From Eledone cirrhosa (Eukaryota), in contig OZ024741.1 of assembly GCA_964016885.1 (NCBI GenBank), positions 339,450,001 through 339,514,000 of the forward strand: DNA of 64,000 nt, read 5' to 3'. Made by a program: the position numbers and the translations under genes. Each line of letters opens with the position of its first letter. Positions within the stretch are counted from its first letter, which is position 1. The notes under the pieces are model-generated. The model was given only the letters and a program-made list of their open reading frames with translations. It did not search any database and was not told where the DNA came from. Shown piece after piece: positions 60,879 to 64,000 of this stretch.

Positions 60879-61063
60879 ATAATTGTTTCTACTTTTTGGC
60901 ACAAGGCCAGCAATTATCCCAGTACATTACTGGTACTTTATTTTATCGACCCCGTAAGGATGAAAGGCAAAGTTAACCTCGGCGGGAATTGAACTCAGAT
61001 CGTAAAGGGACGTAACTATGTGGGAAAGTATAATCCAACCCTCTACCGATACTGCCAATTCAC
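60879..61063 (-). mobile_element. SINE copy
   Basis: Reverse complement of the 28896 family. Confidence 0.82.
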
Positions 61064-61074
61064 AATAATAATGA

Positions 61075-61748
61075 TAATAATGAAATTATTGTGTAAAGTG
61101 CTCAGGTGCACTACAACTCGTCAAAGGTGTATGTATGGTACATAGAATAATACACAAATGTCAGGGAAGTGAATAGTGTATGAGTCATGGTATACATGTG
61201 TGTATGTGTATGGAGGGGGAACATTAGCTGTAGTGTTGGCGGATCTCGGGAAGCATGGAGGCCTTAAAGAATGCAGTGTCTTGACAGCTAACAACTGATG
61301 CAGGTAGTTTGTTCCATGCTTCAGCAACTCTGAGCGTGAAAAAATGTTTCCGAAAGTCATGGGAGCAGTGCTGTTTTCTGACTTTGTGGGCATGTCCACG
61401 TATGTTAGACACATGGAAATCAAAAAGGTACTCAGGGTTGTTGTTGGCAAGATGGTTAACAATTTTGTGGGTGTTTACCAAGTCAGTTGCCAGGCGTCGG
61501 AGCTTCAATGTATCCATGCCCAGGGAAGCAAGGCGCTCAGAGTATGCGGAGGGTATTCGCTTGGTTCCACGTCTCTGAACAGTTTCCAGGCGGTCAATGT
61601 TCTGAGCAAGATAGGGGTTCCAGACTGGTGATGCAAATTCTAAGTGTGGGCGCACCATAGCCATGTACAGCCTTAAATAGATATCTGGAGAACGGCTGAC
61701 AAAGGTCTTGCTGAATGCTGCTAAGACACCCTCGGCCCTCTTGACAAT
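61075..61748 (-). mobile_element. CR1-group LINE 3' fragment
   Basis: VRPHLEFASPVWNP, LETVQRRGTK, YSERL, RGH, RKHFFTLRVAEAWNKLP; 3' UTR ends in an (ATT)n-like tail. Confidence 0.9.
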
Positions 61749-61777
61749 ATATATAAATTTATATATTTATATATATT

Positions 61778-61808
<31 letters not shown>

Positions 61809-61870
61809 ATATATATATACATTTTTATATATTTATATATATATATATATAAATACACCAGGATTTTTTC

Positions 61871-61923
61871 ATTCTGATGACTGAAAGCAAATTTTGTTTG
61901 CTTTCAAGAAACCACTGGTAAAT
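61871..61923 (+). ncRNA. Type I hammerhead ribozyme with short stem I
   Basis: AUU-CUGAUGA-C-UGAAAGCAAA(UUUUG)UUUGCUUUCA-A-GAAA-CC(ACU)GG-UA-AAU. Stem II is 10 bp perfect, the triplet is GUA, and AATAAA follows. Confidence 0.72.
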
Positions 61924-61984
61924 AAAATAAATATATATGTATGTATAAATAAATAAATATATATATATATATATATATGAATAG

Positions 61985-62570
61985 AATAGAATGAAACGAA
62001 ATTTCATTTCTCACTCTTAGTACGGCAGTTACTTAAATGTAAGTATGTATGTATGTATACGTACATACATATATGTATACAGATGTACAGTAGTATGTAT
62101 ATATATACATACATGCACACATATATATATGCACGTATCGGTTTACCGAACATCTATTATAATGCTGAACTAAGAGTGAGAAATGAAATTTCGTTTCATT
62201 CTATTCCATTTATCGTTTTCGGTGCACCCAGCCGACTAAACTCACTCAATATGCAAATTAGGCTGCTCAGCCGTTAATATGCATAAGGAAAGTATATACT
62301 TTCAGACATTCAACCATCTGGCAGGAAGGTATACGATGCTGACAATAGCTAATAAGCTTGAAACTAGTACATCGTTCCTGTGTCAGTGTTGAACAAAAAG
62401 GTGACGTGGTTGCCTAAACACTGTACGGCGTAATTCGGGCTGTTTGTTTGTTTACAAACAAAGAAACCGAGCATTATAATAGATGTTTGGTAAACCGATA
62501 CGTGCATATATATATGTGTGCATGTATGTATATATATACATACTATTGTATGTCTGTATACATATATATA
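61985..62570 (+). mobile_element. HHR-bearing Penelope-like fragment with interleaved inverted repeats
   Basis: 37-bp perfect IR (61985-62021 / 62169-62205), ~95-bp inverted duplication (62070-62166 / 62470-62568), and a minimal HHR at 62333. (TA)n flanks. Confidence 0.6.
62333..62375 (+). ncRNA. Minimal type I hammerhead ribozyme, core variant
   Basis: ACGAUG-CUGACAA-U-AGCU(AAUA)AGCU-U-GAAAC-UA-GUA-CAUCGU. Stem I is 6 bp perfect and stem III is the palindrome ACUAGU. The G8->A core change suggests inactivation. Confidence 0.65.
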
Positions 62571-62898
62571 AATAAATATATATATAAATAAATATATATA
62601 TATATAAATAAATATATATATATATAAATAAATATATATATATATAAATAAATATATATATATATATATATATATAACTATATATATATATATAGAGAAT
62701 AGCTTTCAACGTATTTTTTTGATGAGGGTTCAAAACCCCATTATCAGACTAAAATTTCTTTAGTCAAAAAAATATGGTGAAAGCTATTCTATTTTCTAAT
62801 TTCAAACCTGCTCACTGTTTCAAAACATATTTACTTGTCATATATATATATATAAATAAATATATATATAAATATATATATATATAAATATATCTATA

Positions 62899-62952
<54 letters not shown>

Positions 62953-63124
62953 GATAAATCTACCAAAAGTTTACGATCGTAAAATGATGAATTTTTTTAA
63001 TATAAGGAACTGTTTCTTTGTTTATTCATTATTTTATTAATTTATATATATATATATATAAATAAATAAATAAATATAAATATATAAATAAATAAATAAA
63101 TAAATATATATATATATATAAATA

Positions 63125-63180
<56 letters not shown>

Positions 63181-63195
63181 TATATATATATAAAT

Positions 63196-63244
<49 letters not shown>

Positions 63245-63255
63245 TATATATAAAT

Positions 63256-63322
<67 letters not shown>

Positions 63323-63328
63323 TATATA

Positions 63329-64000
63329 TCATCATCATCTTCGTTTTACGTCCATTTTCCACGCTAGCATGGGTTAGATGGGTGTTGTCCCACTTAAGGC
63401 AAGGTTGGCCGGGTGACCGTGTCTTGCTCATATAGGACTATCTGGCAGGTTTTCTACAGCTGAATGCCCTTCCTAACGCCAACCACATTTACAGTGTGGT
63501 ACTGGGAACTCTTTACCGTGTTACCTACATGGCCACATTATAGCGTGGACTGTGTTTTTATGTTGTGACGCCTACACGATCTTGATCTCGGTCCAGTAGA
63601 GAGGTGCATGTGTGTAAGGTCGGAATTTATCAAATCGTCCCAGGTTTTTCTGGGTCTGCCTACTCCGTAACTACCATTAATTTTGATCGCGCTGCACTTT
63701 TTAATACAGCTGTCGTCTTTCATGCGCATCACGTGACCATACCAACATAGTCTTCTCTCAAGTAAACAGCATCTGATCCCTCTTATTCCTAATTTCTCAC
63801 TTAGTTCATTTATGCTTTGCCGTTCACATATATTACTATTACACATCCAACGGAGCATGCAAGCTTCGTTCCTCTCTAGTCTGCGCAGGTCCTCTGCACG
63901 CAATGCCCATGTCTCATTGCCATGTAGCATTGCTGTTCGTATACAGGTATCATACAATCTAGCTTTCATTTTTAGAGAGAAACCTTTAGTGGCCAATAGT
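63329..64000 (-). mobile_element. RTE LINE 3' part (runs off the window)
   Basis: ORF 63538-63996 is highly similar to 22570-23034, with the same 3' UTR and tail. Confidence 0.92.

Overview
This is eukaryotic, AT-rich, microsatellite-saturated DNA. The repeat families and gene type point to a coleoid cephalopod, most likely Octopus (inference). One clear gene is present: the large coding exon of a 6-EC protocadherin (18402-20840, +) with canonical splice sites. The rest is repeat: RTE and CR1 LINE fragments, tRNA-derived SINEs, two head-to-tail non-autonomous Helitrons, an internally deleted DD37D (maT) transposon, TA- and TTAA-type MITEs, foldback palindromes, a ~4 kb 46-bp minisatellite and a ~5.4 kb (TA)n tract. 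Nearly all other ORF-track entries are simple-repeat artefacts. The most interesting signal is non-coding. At least seven sequence-diverse type I hammerhead ribozyme (HHR) motifs sit in short (TA)n-flanked cassettes, often with inverted or direct repeats, like Penelope pseudo-LTRs or retrozymes. Three of the best lie within 4 kb upstream of the protocadherin coding exon. All folds and alignments were done by eye, and no activity is shown.
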